A stretch of 63,957 nt of DNA, filler included, from Basidioascus undulatus (lineage: Eukaryota), in assembly GCA_000826855.1 (NCBI GenBank). It is 3 parts of 3 records of this genome, joined end to end, with 100 filler letters (N's around TTAATTAATTAA, not from the genome) between each part and the next. Parts side by side here need not be neighbours in the genome. Positions count along the whole stretch, not along the records: positions 21,929 to 43,755 come from JTLS01000315.1; positions 43,856 to 63,957 come from JTLS01000381.1; 1 more part is not named here. The stretch is one strand, 5' to 3'. The notes under the pieces are model-generated. The model was not told where the DNA came from and did not search any database. It was given only the letters and a program-made list of their open reading frames with translations. How positions within the stretch are numbered: position 1 is the stretch's first letter; each line of letters starts with the position of its first letter. The position numbers and the translations under genes were made by a program. Below, in pieces: positions 38,219-50,845 of this stretch.

Positions 38219-39202
38219 ATGGACCCCGTCCTCGACTCGCTCGTCGCCCGCATCCACACCCGCCTCCAATCGTGCGCCTACCCTGTCTCCCCGGTCCCCC
38301 ATCCACCCACCCAACGCGTTCTCATTTCCGACCGACCTCATTCAGCCTCCCACCGACCCACCGCTTCCTCGTGGGCATTGCCGGTTCGCCCGGGAGCGGC
38401 AAGACAACGCTTGCGCTCAAGCTTGTTGAGCGCCTGAGCGCGGGAGAGCGGGGTGTGCAGCCGGTGGAGGCGGTCCTTGTGGGCATGGATGGTTGGCACC
38501 ACACACGTGAAGTACGTTTGAAGGTATAGAGAGAGAATGACTTGGAGGGTATGGGAAAGTTCATGCTGACGTCCACTTGCGGGTTCAGGCGCTCAGTGGT
38601 TTCCCGGTACGTTGAATGCCACTGGGGTCTTCGGGTCAGGTCGACGCTGAAACGTAAGACTTAATCCTCAGGATCCCGAAGAAGCCTTCCGCCGGCGCGG
38701 TGCAGCCTTCACGTTCGACGCGGCCTCCTACTCCTCCTTCATCGATCTTCTGCGCTCCATTCCGATCGACTCTCCCACTGCCCCGCCGCTCCTCGCACCT
38801 TCATTCGACCACGCACTCAAAGACCCCACGCCCGACGGGATCTCCATTCCGCTCTCCACGCGCGTCGTTGCCCTCGAAGGGAACTACGTCCTCCTCGACG
38901 CAGAGCCCTGGGCGCGCGCGGCGCGCACGCTGGACGAGCGCGTGTTTGTTGATGTGGACAGAGCGGTGGCGAGGGGGAGGTTGGTCGCGAGACATGTGCG
39001 GAGTGGGATTTGTCAGGATGCGGAGGAGGCGGGGAGGAGAGGTACGTTACGGAGTTGCGTTCAGAGAACGGGAAGCAGTCGCTGATTTCGGAGCGGTGCA
39101 GCGGACGATAACGACCTGCCCAACGGGGATTACATCAAGGAGAACCTGGTGGATCCTACCATGCGCGTAATCAGCACGGAGGACGCGGCGTTTGCTGCAT
39201 GA
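38219..39202 (+). CDS. P-loop kinase, phosphoribulokinase/uridine kinase family (YFH7-like)
   Basis: Walker A GIAGSPGSGKTT, MDGWH, RRGAAFTFD, PSFDHALKDP, EGNY, NDLPNG. Confidence 0.88.
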
Positions 39203-40178
39203 GGGGGCACGCAATGGTGGCTGGGAAGGTGCGTGAGCGAGGGACAGTGGGACATGAAATATAGATCGCACTGGCATGGCATGATGATTTATGGTTTTGT
39301 CAATCTCATGTGAGAGTCTGATAATCTAGCAATGACGCATGGCCAGAGTGAGTCGCCATTGAGTTGCTTCCGCTGGGCTCTGGGTCGAGGATGTGCAAGG
39401 GTGCGTCCCTGTCCCTGTGAAAACTGACAGCACAAGAAGAACCCGCTCGCATCTGCCGGCCCGCTGTATTGAGCATATCTGGCTGTAAGGCACTTCGGAA
39501 AACGGCATCGCAGTTTCTAAAAGTGTTCTAAACAGATACGGAAGCTAGTCTCGCTCTCTGTCGAGGGTGCCTTGAGGTAACCAGGGGCCGATCCCGAAAG
39601 GCTCCAGCAAGCGCTGGGCGAACAGCCTCAACGGGAACATACAAACGTGCAGGGTGGTGAAGGTCACTACGGTCAAGCCAACCAGAACCGCCTATGCCCG
39701 GTCATATCGGAGAAAAAAAGCTGTGGGTCCCCAATTCCCCGCAAGCAGGGCTCAGTAGTCTAGCGAACTGAATCTGACCCTGCCCGACATTCCACGATTG
39801 CGCCACTCACAAAACTTCATCGAAGCTGCAGAGCGATTTGCTGAGTGCATACACACCCGTATCACTCGTCCATTCAGTCTACAACGCGTAAAGTTTGGTA
39901 GTTTATTATGCGAGGCCGATCATGTGCTCTCGCGCTGCCGACGTCGGTCATCTCTTGTGGGCTGTGGCCAGTCTTTGGTGGTCTGTGCGCGACAGGCTCG
40001 CGACCCTCGTCCCCAGCCCCTCGACGACGCTGCACGTGTTGCTGGCGTAAAGTGCCCGCTCAGACCTGGTCTTCCCTTTGTGTTCCCTGGCTAGCGGGAC
40101 CCGAGGAGGCGGCATTGGGGCGACCGAGTCGGATCGCTCACCACCTCATACTCCTCTCCTCCTCTCACTTCACACGTT

Positions 40179-41530
40179 ATGCCTCACGTTCAGATAGATT
40201 CGAACCTCGCTCTCGGATATCACTCTTCTGTACCCGAAGGTCAAATCGACGGCTCGAAGCCGGTTCTAGTGCTTCTCCAGTCCGTCTCCATACGTTGGGA
40301 CTTCGCGTTGTGACTGACATGACGAGACTTTGCAGTGGCTACATCGGCGAAGCCTCCCTCTTCGAGCGCCAGTTTTCTGACCCCAGCTTGACAGAGCGCT
40401 TCACCCTCGTCCGTTCCACTTCGTCCAAATCGAACCTCTTCGGAACTCACAGTCGTCCTATTCGCTAGATCGCCATCGACCTGCCGGGCGCCGGTCTCTC
40501 CTGGGACGTCCCTGCCCTGACCTCCCTTGCCGGACTGCCAGTGCTCGCGCAGCAGCTCGTGCGAGCTGTAAACCTGCTCGTACCGGACGCCGCTCATGTC
40601 CACCTTCTCGGCCACAACGTCGGGGCGCTCCTGGTCGAACTGATGCTGGCGCACGCCCCCGAGCGCTTCGGCTCGTCCGTGCTCATCAGCCCTGTCGGTC
40701 TGAAAAAGGTGCGTCCACTCCCAAGAATTCAGAAAACAGAAAAAAAGATAAGCTGAGGCGATTTTAGACCGCTTCGCCAAGCCAGGACACGAATATCGCC
40801 TCCGAGTTTGCGGACTTCTGGGACTTCCTGCTGGAGGATGACCCGGAAGCGTCGCCCGAGAAGCGCTTCGCCGTTGCATGCGTGTACAGCATTTTGGGCG
40901 ACAGGGTTGAGCCCGAGGACGAGGAGCGGATGTGCGTCTGCCCTTCCCTCCCTCAGTCTCCACGCACCAGCCGCTCACGTCCTTGACTCCGCACTGCAGG
41001 ATCCAGATCGGGATGCGGGAGCTGCACGATAACTCGGACGGCGGCGTGGAGAGGCGCCGGAGCTTCGTCCGCGCTGTTACGATGGGCAATTCGGGGTTCG
41101 GGAAGGAGGAGCTCCAGGGCTTGACGCATTCGGTGCTGGTTGTGCGGGGGAGTGAGTTGTCTTCTGATTTTTCTACTTAGCCTGCAGGCAGGAGTCCTGA
41201 CTTTGACCACGTTCGCAGCGGAGGATCACACGCAGTCACCCGAGGTCGCTCGAGTAAGCACCTATGCACTGATACCTCATGTTCCACTTTATTGAAACTC
41301 CCCCTAGGAGCACCTGGACGCGCTTAGCAACGCCAAGACACAGTTCCTCGAGCTTCCGGGAGAGCCGCACTGGGGCTTGTTCATGAAAGGAGGGGCGGAC
41401 AAGTTCAATCCACTGTGCGTCAATCAATCTTCACTCGACTTCACGTCTGCGGGTTTGGAAGATTATGCTAACGATACTCCTTCCCCTCAGTTTGTTGGAG
41501 TACTTGACTACCGGTTCTGTGAAGCAATGA
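40179..41530 (+). CDS. Alpha/beta-hydrolase fold protein with atypical nucleophile elbow (GHNVG)
   Basis: VLVLLH|G, IAIDLPGAGLS, VHLLGHNVGA, VLISP, VLVVRG.ED and ELPGEPH; the spliced frame is open. Confidence 0.8.
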
Positions 41531-42355
41531 CTATGTTTCAGCATGCATGTCTTTACCCCTTTTTTGCAACAGTTGTGTCTGGTGTCAGGTCGGAATACGG
41601 CCGACTGCGTCCTGCACAGTCTTTCGAATTTGAGAGAGTTACGTAACAGATTGAGCTGGGCTGATCAGTACAAGAACAGAGTAACGTGATTGTGGTGCAG
41701 AATGAAGAATCAGTAAATATCCAGAATGGGGTGGACCTCGACCGGGGGAGCGACTTCGTGTGCTTTCATCTTTCCTCGAGTCGGCCATGTCTCTATGCCC
41801 GGTGTTTGCAAACCTCTTCCTGTCGAGGCTACCGCTGAAGTTCACGTTCTCCACGGGTGGCATGAAATTTCGGTTTCCAGGTTGCCACGTTTTTAGAAGG
41901 TGTACGGCTGCCAGTTGGACAGTAGCCAGGCTGCACCACGGTTGTACAGCACCGGTCCAAAGCACTGAATATTGACCTTTTTTTTCCGATCAGAGACCCT
42001 GCCTGATCATTGTCAGAGGCTTCAGACGAAATGCGACATGGTTTGCAACGAGGGACTGCAAACAAACGGGAGCAGACAGCTGCAGGCTACTTCAACGCCG
42101 CTGATGCTCTGACACAATCTGACAGAAGACGTGGGATGAGAGCGTCGCCCAAGGCTAACCACCCGCCCAATTGCTTGAACTTGCACCGTTTCTCTTCTGA
42201 CCCTCGACCAGCTCGAACTCACGCTCATTCACTTCCCTTCTCCCGGTCCACGGAATCCTCCTTGTTACCTCACCGTCAACGACTACACTTCCCCCCCGAT
42301 ATCCCCGCCCACTAGGCTGTCGTCATAAGCCTGCGCGCGAGCCGTGCGGGCCAGC

Positions 42356-43755
42356 ATGCCCGGGCCTTCCGATCCCCAACTGGACAGGGGCGCAGGAGCA
42401 GACGGCCTCGAGGACGTCCCCCTCGGCGGCGACCGCGGTGCTGCTGAGGGCACCGAAAGCGCTGGTGCAGTGAGGCCAGTGCTGGTGCGCTCGGAGGCGA
42501 CGAGGGAGCTCCTGCGCGAGGTGGAGGACTTCGTCAACGCCGCCGACGCAGCTGCCGACGCCGGTGCGGCCGCGCTCTCCTCCCCTCCTCCGCTGCCGGC
42601 GCGTGCATCAGATGGACCATCGATGGTGCAGGCCTCTGAGCCCTCTGTGTCTTCCTCCGCCGGGCGCTCTCCCTCCCCCGCAACCGTCGTCCCGCTGTCG
42701 TCGCCCCTAATGCTCGACATACCCGAGCAGCAGCAGCTGCTTGCTCAACCCGCACTTTCCCTCGATATCCCCTCCACGTCCATAACGATGCCCGCCGCCG
42801 ATGATATCCCCACTACCACTAGCCCCATAATCATGACTACCCCGCCGACGCTGCCAAAGTCGCGCGAGCCCCGCTCGCTTAAAGAGCGACTCGACGCGCT
42901 CGTCGGCAACCCCCCGCCGCCGTCCTCTCCCTCCCCCTCTCCGTCCACTTCACCCTCGTCGTCTCCTTCCGGGCCGTTCTCCTCTTCCTTCCCCTCCACC
43001 TCGAGCGCGCCAGTCTCCCCCCTCACGCCTTCACCCATCTCGCCCCATCCGAGAGTGGGCTCCCGACCAACGATCAAGGTCAAGACCGTACGTCCACTGT
43101 GCTGTGCTGTGGGCTGTGGGTCGTGCAGCTGAGCTGGGAGGCCGTCGGTTGTGCTGTACAGATTAGCTGGAACATGGGTGACGCACTCATGAAAGGCGAC
43201 CTCGAGGTCCTTCTCGGCCACGTCCCGCCTTACGATCCACCCGTCCCCACGCTGCCTTTGCCGGGCGAGCCGATGTCGCTTCTGCCTCAGCTCGAGGCTA
43301 TTGATGCGCACCCATACCATCTCGTCGTTGTCGGTGCGTTCCCCTTTCTCTTATTTCCTATTTTTGGCTGCTCTAACAGCCTACCTCCCCCCTTTGCGCA
43401 GCCGGCCAAGAATGGTCCGCCTGCCTCTTCTCCCTCCTTACCCCAGCCTATATCTCTGACGCTGCCCCCTCGCCCACACAGCCCAACCACCTCCGGCCTC
43501 CTCCCTCGTGGCTTCGGCGCTGCCTGGCCGCGCGACCCGCACCGAAAGCGCGAAACCCTCGCGGGGTCCTCCACGCCGGACCTGCACTCCTCTGCCGCAG
43601 GTGCCGTGCCCGCCACGCCCGTGACGTCCACCTCCGAAGCGAGCGTACCCGGCGGGTGGACAGGCATCCTCGAGCAGTGGTTCTGCCACGGCGCGGGCGC
43701 ATGCACCGGCGCGGCGGCGGCGTGCGCGGACGCGTCGCCCAGCCCGCCGATGGAG
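42356..43755 (+). CDS. Inositol polyphosphate 5-phosphatase (3' part lost in gap)
   Basis: Disordered N-terminus, then KVKT|ISWNMGDAL and HPYHLVVVA|GQEC|P, the N-terminal WN and GxQE motifs of 5-phosphatases. Confidence 0.78.
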
Positions 43756-43855
43756 NNNNNNNNNNNNNNNNNNNNNNNNNNNNNNNNNNNNNNNNNNNNT
43801 TAATTAATTAANNNNNNNNNNNNNNNNNNNNNNNNNNNNNNNNNNNNNNNNNNNN
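43756..43855. other. Assembly gap with artificial TTAATTAATTAA spacer
   Basis: 44 N + TTAATTAATTAA (43800-43811) + 44 N. Confidence 0.97.
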
Positions 43856-45014
43856 AGTAGAGGGCATGGAGGGGACGACGGGAGTGGAGGGGAGGGAGGG
43901 ACAGGTCGCTTTCGGCGTGCGTGAGCCGGGGCCCGAGACGCCGAGGTCGCCTTCGTCGTCTGGGTCGGCGTCGTGCGTGGGTGCGGGGGAAGCGGAGGGG
44001 GATGGAGAGGGAGAGGGAGATGGGGAGGGCGACAGGGAGGGGGATAGTGGGGTGGAGGACGAGGAGGGGTCGGCCTGGTATGCAGGACGGGGTATTGGTG
44101 GAGAGGGTGTTGCGGTCGGGTCGTACTCGGGATTGGCGATAGTGTGGGTAGTAAGAAGGGCAGGTGCGAGATCGGACGCGACGACGCCGTGCGCTACGAG
44201 CGAGTCGATCATCTTTTGCTCTATGTTCATCCATCCGCACCATCAACATCCTTCCCTCCAAGCAGCCCTTCTGCTACATCTCCTCCGCCCCGACCAGACC
44301 ACTTACCGTCGACCTCGAGCTCCATGTGCTCATACAGCCTCGCCATGATCTTCCACCCCCAGCTCTCCGCGCTGCTGCCCGCAGCCTTCATCGCGCGCGC
44401 GCGCTCCTCCGCCTTCTTCCTTGCCTTCGGGTCCGGCCCCGCAGCGTCCACAACGGCCGTGGCGGAGAAGCGCTGGACGAGCTCGGCGAGGGCCAGCTTG
44501 ACGAGGGCGACGTACGCGATGCGCTGGGACTCGGTGAGGAGGCGCTTGGTCGCCTGCAGCTGCGAGAGGGGCGTCATCGCACTCTCCTCGTCAAAGAGGT
44601 ACTGCGTCCGGAGGTGCACTTCGTCCGAGTCGTCCTCCTCCTCGAGCCGCAACCGCGTGTAGTCGTTCTCGTTCTGTCCCGTCCCACCCAGCTCCCGCTC
44701 TCAGCGCCTTCTCCTCAACCCAAAACCACAGTACAACCCGAACGCACCTGCGCCTTCTTCTCGCGCCACTCGTTCCCCTGCTCATCGTAGTCGAGCGTGC
44801 CCGTCGCGTTCCCCAGCAGGAACGCGCGCGAGCTCGACGCGGAGAGCAGCTCAGGGCGCCCGCCGCTGCGGCGCCGCGGGTCAAGCTCGTCGTAGGACGA
44901 GATGGGCGCGTCCGACTCGCGCACGACGGGCATGTCCTGCCACTCGTCGTCGTCGTCCCATGCTGCCGCCGCGGCAGGCGTGCGCGAGGGCGGGGGCGCG
45001 AGCATGGGCGCCAT
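43856..45014 (-). CDS. DUF726/Mil1-like (TMCO4-family) protein, N-terminal part (3' lost in gap)
   Basis: DDDEWQDMP, TQYLFDEESAMTPLSQLQATKRLLTESQRIAYVAL, WGWKIMARLYEHMEL and EQKMIDSLVAHGV are recognised as fungal DUF726 N-terminal motifs. Confidence 0.75.
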
Positions 45015-45732
45015 GGCGGGTGGCGGGCTACGGGGGCGATCAAATGAGGGAGCGAAGGAGAGTAAAGGGGAGTGGTAGGGGGTGTGGAGCGTGTGTGGCT
45101 GTTGTTGGATTCGGACTGCGAGGCGCTGGGACTGCCGCAAGTGGAAGGCGAGGGAGCGGCCTGGCTCGCAGGGGCAGCAGCTGCACCGGTCAACTGTTGC
45201 GACCTGAGCACGAAAGCAATGCGAATAAATACAATCGGATATTGAGACGCCAGAGCAAGAAATTCTCACTATGAATTTGACCTAAAAGAATGCAGCTGAA
45301 TGATAATTACTAGGCGAGACAGAGCAGAGAAAGCGAGTGGGAGGAGGTGAGAGCGGGCAAGCGGCAGGCTGAGCGCGTGCTGATGGCCTGCCAGCCAGAG
45401 CCGTTTGCGCTGCAGCTTGGCAATGCACGCTCGCCGTGGGTGGTGTGCATACTGAATCAGAACAGGGTACATTCCTCATTGAAAGGCGTCTTCAGACGCA
45501 TGTCAACTTGGATTACAATATGTGCCTGAAGGTCGAAGCACGCCAGCATGGCACTGTAGCGGGTCCTCATCTCCCACACAACCTCGATATTGACGCCCTC
45601 GCGAACGAGAGGGCCCGCTCCTGCCCCAGATGTGCTTGATAACGATACCGGGGCAGCCGACCAATCCCGTCATACCCGCCCACCATCAGTCCAGTCTCAG
45701 TTGCCCGTGCCAGTCCATCAATCTCCCCTCCT

Positions 45733-46661
45733 CTACACACCCGGCACCCCCACTTTCCCCCCCTTCTCCCTCTCCCGCTCCCTCTCCCGCTCCTTCTCCA
45801 GCGCCTCCACCCTCTTCGCCTCCGCCTTGACCCTCCGCGCGCGCTTCCGCCGCCCGGCCCCGCGCTTCGGGCCCTCGATCACGACGGGCGTCTCGAGCTT
45901 GCGCTTCCGCGCGGCAGACGCGTCTGCCTTGCGCTTTTCGCGCTTCTTGTCCCGCTTGCGCATGTGGGGCGCGAAGGAGGACCGGAGGAGCGCGGCGTAG
46001 GCGTTGAGGAAGGAGGAGAGGGAGGTGGGGGTGACCTAGGAGGTGGGGGGCGGAGAGGGGCGTGAGATGGAGGTTAGGGACGGATGGCGGTGCGGTAGAG
46101 CGCAGGGGGTGGCGCCGAGGTAGCGTTCAGGCTCTTATGCGCTGGAGGGGCAGGGAGTAGCAGCCGATCCCAGCCCTTGCCCAATCGCTCCCTCTGCCCT
46201 GCCCTCCCCTCCCATTTCCCCGCCCACCTCAGACAACGACACCACCAGCCCACGCCTACTCACCCTCGTGGAGATCTTCTCCTCTCCCTCTCTCCATCGC
46301 GCCGTAGCGCGCAACAAGACGGGCCACTCCTCGCGCTCCGCCTGCTCAGTACCCTCCATCACCGTGTCCTCGCCCTCCTCCCTATCCACGCGAGTCACTG
46401 CGCTCCCCCGCCGTCCCCATTCCCTTCCATAAGCCACCAGCCGGTAAGAAGGCATTATAGGAGGAAGATCAAGTCCACGCACGCCGCTTCTGGGTCAGAA
46501 ACACCGTGCCCCCCTCCTCCCCCGCCGACGACTTTTCAAACAGCTCCGTGAGCTTGGGGATGAACTGCGCGGGCCGGGGTTGAGCGGTGAGCTGGTGTGA
46601 GTCTGGAGGAATTGGGTGGGGAAGTGGGCACCTCTTCTGCTGATACCTGGATGGTGAGCAT
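45733..46661 (-). CDS. SRP14: Signal recognition particle 14 kDa subunit
   Basis: Spliced MLTIQVSAEE|FIPKLTELFE..GTVFLTQKR|L..PVLLRAT..KISTR|V..FLNAYAALLR..MRKRDKKREK. Confidence 0.88.
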
Positions 46662-47499
46662 GGCAGACGAGCAGGCGAGAAGGTGGGCGTTGGCTGTCAA
46701 GCGATCCAGCTCGCGTGCAAGGCGTAGCTGCTAGTTGTTTGGCGCTCTCCGTACGTGGGCATTGCTGCACGCACTGTGTTGTTTCTTGATCCGTTTCGGT
46801 GCACAATAGCTGCTCTTAAGTCTCTCTCCACAGCAAGTTTTTTTCTTTGACTTAAACATCCTGTAGGGGGCAAAACGAAGAATCTCTGCAGGCGCAGTGG
46901 GGATGGAGTCAGTACATTGAACCTGTGGTCTCCTCAACACTCGTGGATCAACCTTGGAGAGCAATAGTGAAGGGAAAGAAGGGGCTCTTCAAACGTTTAT
47001 ACATACTTCGCACCCAGACTGTTTTCTCCTCTAAGCATGGGTCAGTAGGAAGGACAACGCATTGACGAACTTGCGATCTGCGAGGCGCCGGACGGAAGTC
47101 GTCTAACTACTCGTAACGATGTTGCTTGCCCTCATAGGTCTGTCTGTTCATGAAATAAAGGGGGGAAATCCTTCATGGCTATGTGTACTTCACATTCAAG
47201 CGTAAAAGGATAACTTGAGTCTGAAGGGGGAAAGGCTGCCCTTGGGATGCTGCAGTCCACTAGCCACTGTGCAGTGCCTCGGCACCTTAACACTGAGAAT
47301 ACCCTCGATATGGGGCAGCTACAAGTAAATAATTCACCAATATGTGTGCCCTGTTCTCCAGCAGGATATCCAGTGCGTCGCGCAGGCGAGTGTTGTAGAA
47401 CTATCCACAACATGATTTTCGATCGCAGCGGAGCCTGCCAGCATCATCATCCCCCTTTCACACATATGGGTAGACCAGATACATTACCCCCCCAGGGCT

Positions 47500-48505
47500 A
47501 GCCAGGCCTCACAAACTGAACGCTACAGTACTCAGAAATGCTTCCCTTGTCCAAGTCCCCCACCGTCCCATTTGAGCGAATCTTCACTCCGGCCCTAGAG
47601 ATGTAGTTTCCAAACGCATCCGTGTCTCCCTCTTCAAGATCACAATAGACTGCACCTGGTATTCACCCCAGTTTACAACCCGCGAGGTGGAAGAGCGAGA
47701 GCGGGCCGCCAAAACTGCAAGGTACGAAAATGGCACACGATGCACCGGCCTGGGCTGCCGGTACTTGGTGTTGATGATAGTGACGCAGAGCTGAGGTCAA
47801 AGAAGGTCTCAGTTCTCATCTGGAAGAGCGAGGACGACGCAGCGTACCTTGAGTGGCCCGGGAGTCGGTCAAGTAGCGTTGGAAAGCGTGGCGTCTGAAC
47901 GGAACCGGTGCTTCTTAAGCTCCGGTATTCAGGAAGCACCCGCCTTCCGGATGCCTCACTTGTCACCGAAAAACTCATTGGCCATCTTGACCAATCTACG
48001 TGGCCAGCGCCCGTCCTTCGGCTGGACAAACATAACGTGCGCCTGCCGAGGGTCGCCGCTCGGAGGCGTGAAGATGTCGAGCTCGTCGAGGAAGACTTTG
48101 AGGGGCCTCCCACCCAGGATGCCCTGAATGCGGCTCGAAAGGGACTGGAGGAGCCGGCGACCGCGGCGCACGTCGTCTGGCGTCGCGAAGTGGACGCGAA
48201 CCAGACCGAGATGCAGCTTGGCAGCCCCGAAGCACTGCACAGGTGAGATGTTGATCAGAGGTGGCATAAAAATATCAAATGTTCTGGATTGTGTGAACTG
48301 GGAACACACAATTGAGTCCGTTGCTGACAACGACACGCCGCAGCCCTTCGACCTGCAGCCTGAGTCCGTCGTGCTGACCTACCATTTGATGCCCTCCAAT
48401 CTGCGTTAAGTCTCAAGAGCTCAATCCGCACTATTACCCATCGGGATTTCCCCCGTGAGTATACCGTACGAAGGGACTGGCCAGAAAGTGAGTCGGTGAT
48501 GGCAT
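47500..48505 (-). CDS. AKAP7/ASCC1-like 2H phosphoesterase-fold protein with degenerate HxT motifs (possibly a pseudogene)
   Basis: MPSPTHFLASP, KLHLGL, AHVMFVQP and QLCVTIINTKYR..RVPFSY follow the AKAP7_NLS pattern. 3' end uncertain. Confidence 0.65.
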
Positions 48506-49038
48506 GGTGGGATGGTGGCCTGGAGGGACTGGGAGTGGAGATGTGGAAGATAAGTATTGTCCGTTGAGGACTTGTCTTGTTGGAAAAGCCCTGCCAGCGT
48601 TCCGTGGCCGTGGAAGAACACAGAACACAGTAGCCCGAGCCCGACAGCCCGTACTCGTGGGTTTCACGTTCCGCGAAGCACGATACTGAACGCGTGATTA
48701 TGTTCTATGTTCTGAGGGACACTGACAAAACAAAAATACCGCATGCACCTGCTTTACTGAAGAAGTATTGTCACTCAAATGGACAGCACCGTCGCTCAGT
48801 GTTCCGGACATTAGCGGGGGCCAGCAGCCCGAGCGGGGCCATACAGGGCTCTTTATTCTCATAAGATTTCTCATGGGTGTGGGTTTGTAGAACATGCCTT
48901 CGGTGCGGCTTCTAGCACCGGCAAAGTTCCGTGGCCGCGCGAAGCGGTCTTGCCTCCCGACCATCACCCCCTCTTCAGCCTTCTCCGCTACTCACCCTCA
49001 AGCCACTTCTCAGCGATCGCTACTCTCCTCGATCAAAA

Positions 49039-50120
49039 ATGCAGCCACTGTCACTCATGACCCTGCCCTCAGAGCATCTGGTCTTGATCCGGGACGAGCT
49101 TCCGACTCTCGACGACCTTGTCGAGTTCTCGCAGACATGTCGACAGCTCCGCGCCCTCTTGCCCGAGTCTCTGCTGGTCTCCGGACTGGGGGCTCTGCGT
49201 CTCGGGGTTCCGCTCCTCTTCCGCAAGGATGCAGAGCAATCGGCTGGCGTACGGGTTGCGGCCTCGCTGCTGAGCATGCCGCCGTGCGGGGGCAAAATGG
49301 ACTGCGACATGTGCGTTGAGCGCGACCGCCCGGGTGAGTTTCAAGCGTGGACGGCTTGACCAGGTGAGAGTATGGCTTAATTATATTTGGGATTTTTAAA
49401 ATTCTAGGTCAGAACTTGCTCATGCACCCCTTTCCTTCGGCAGCTCACGTCGCCACGGAAAACATTGAGCTCGCTCTTCACCACCTGCTCGAAAACCAGG
49501 AATTATGTGTTTTGTTCAAGTCGCGAACCGCTGAATTCTTCAAGCCCGATTGCTTTCTCCCTTGCTGTCACCCCACCTATGGCCCTTGCCACTGCTGGCC
49601 AACGCACGACCCCGACGCGACGGAGTTGGAACCGACTCGTTCGGCTCTTCTCGATCATCTCCCAATCGCCGCAGCCTTCGCTACGTCCCCCCAAGTGCAG
49701 GGTCTGGATATTTCAATCTTTCCGGACATAGTCCCCACCTTCACGACCGCTGTGTTCAATCCACTGGGCGTCACTGTGGTGGATCTAATTGAAGAAGTGC
49801 ACGAAGTGTATGTCAGCAACATATCATTTGTAATCGGCTTAGAACTGAGGTCATTCACAGGCTCTCTAGCCAGATGCCTGATCAAGAGCGCTCTGTTTTA
49901 AAAGAGTCTTTCCAGTTATCTCGTCTTCCGCGGCACACACCCCACTGCATGGCTTTCGTAGATTGGGCGGAACTGTGAGCACCCTCCGCCCGCCGTTGCA
50001 GCCAGAGTTGTTCAGCACTGAAGTCTTTCTCGTCATATGTCTGCAGCTGGTGCGAGGTACTTTACTATTCAAGAATCGGGCTGCATTGCGGTTGAGGCTG
50101 AGTACTACTGGCAATGATTA
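49039..50120 (+). CDS. F-box domain protein
   Basis: LMTLPSEHLVLIRDELPTLDDLVEFSQTCRQLRAL F-box; Cys/His-rich middle; NPLGVTVVDL. 3' end uncertain. Confidence 0.6.
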
Positions 50121-50845
50121 CCTTTTACGTGTGCACGCCACTGCTTTTGTGCTGTTTGCGGGAGACGGCCTGCCGAAATGTAGTTCAAGGCGACCTCAGG
50201 AAGACTCTGATATGGAAAAGCAGGTTGTAAAAAGGCTCAAAGAGGGAATGAATGACAACCTCATGGCTCCGTTTGCGCCCTCTGCACTCGTTTACAAGCG
50301 CTCCAGGGCCCTACCCCTGGAAATCTTCCCTAAAAAAGGAGCTCACGCGTAAGGACAGACTGGATCCGGTTTGCAGTCCTGCATGAGGGATGTCAGCAGG
50401 TGCAGCAACTGCCGTAACGGAAATGCGGACGGATGTCCGAACCAACAAGGGAAACCAAGCCGGTGTGCAACGAGAGCAGTCTTGCACTATACTACTCGGT
50501 TTGATTATAAAGATGTAAACAACCCAAATGATTACAAGTCAACCAGTCTCCCGGCAAGGCCACCTCAGCACAGTGGCCGTTTCCGGTTCCGGCATGTGGA
50601 GCACGGGTCCAGCGCTTTTGCAGTCAAGAGAGCTTTGAGCCCACGATGATTTTTTTCAGCCTATAAGCAGTTTTTAGCCCGATGATGGAAACAGACTGCA
50701 TACGGCGCTGTGATGACTCGCTTCAATCCCGTTGCGTCGCACCGCGTGCCACTCGGCCTGCTTATCTCCCTTCTATCTCTCTCCATTCCACACACACAAG
50801 CTCTTCCTTCACTTCCATTCGTCTCACATCTCTCCTGAAAAATAG

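Noticed and set aside
41528..41689. TGA CTA readthrough context after the hydrolase stop, with a 52-codon open extension
   Set aside because: The extension ends ...NRVT*, not a PTS1, so there is no support for cryptic peroxisomal targeting.
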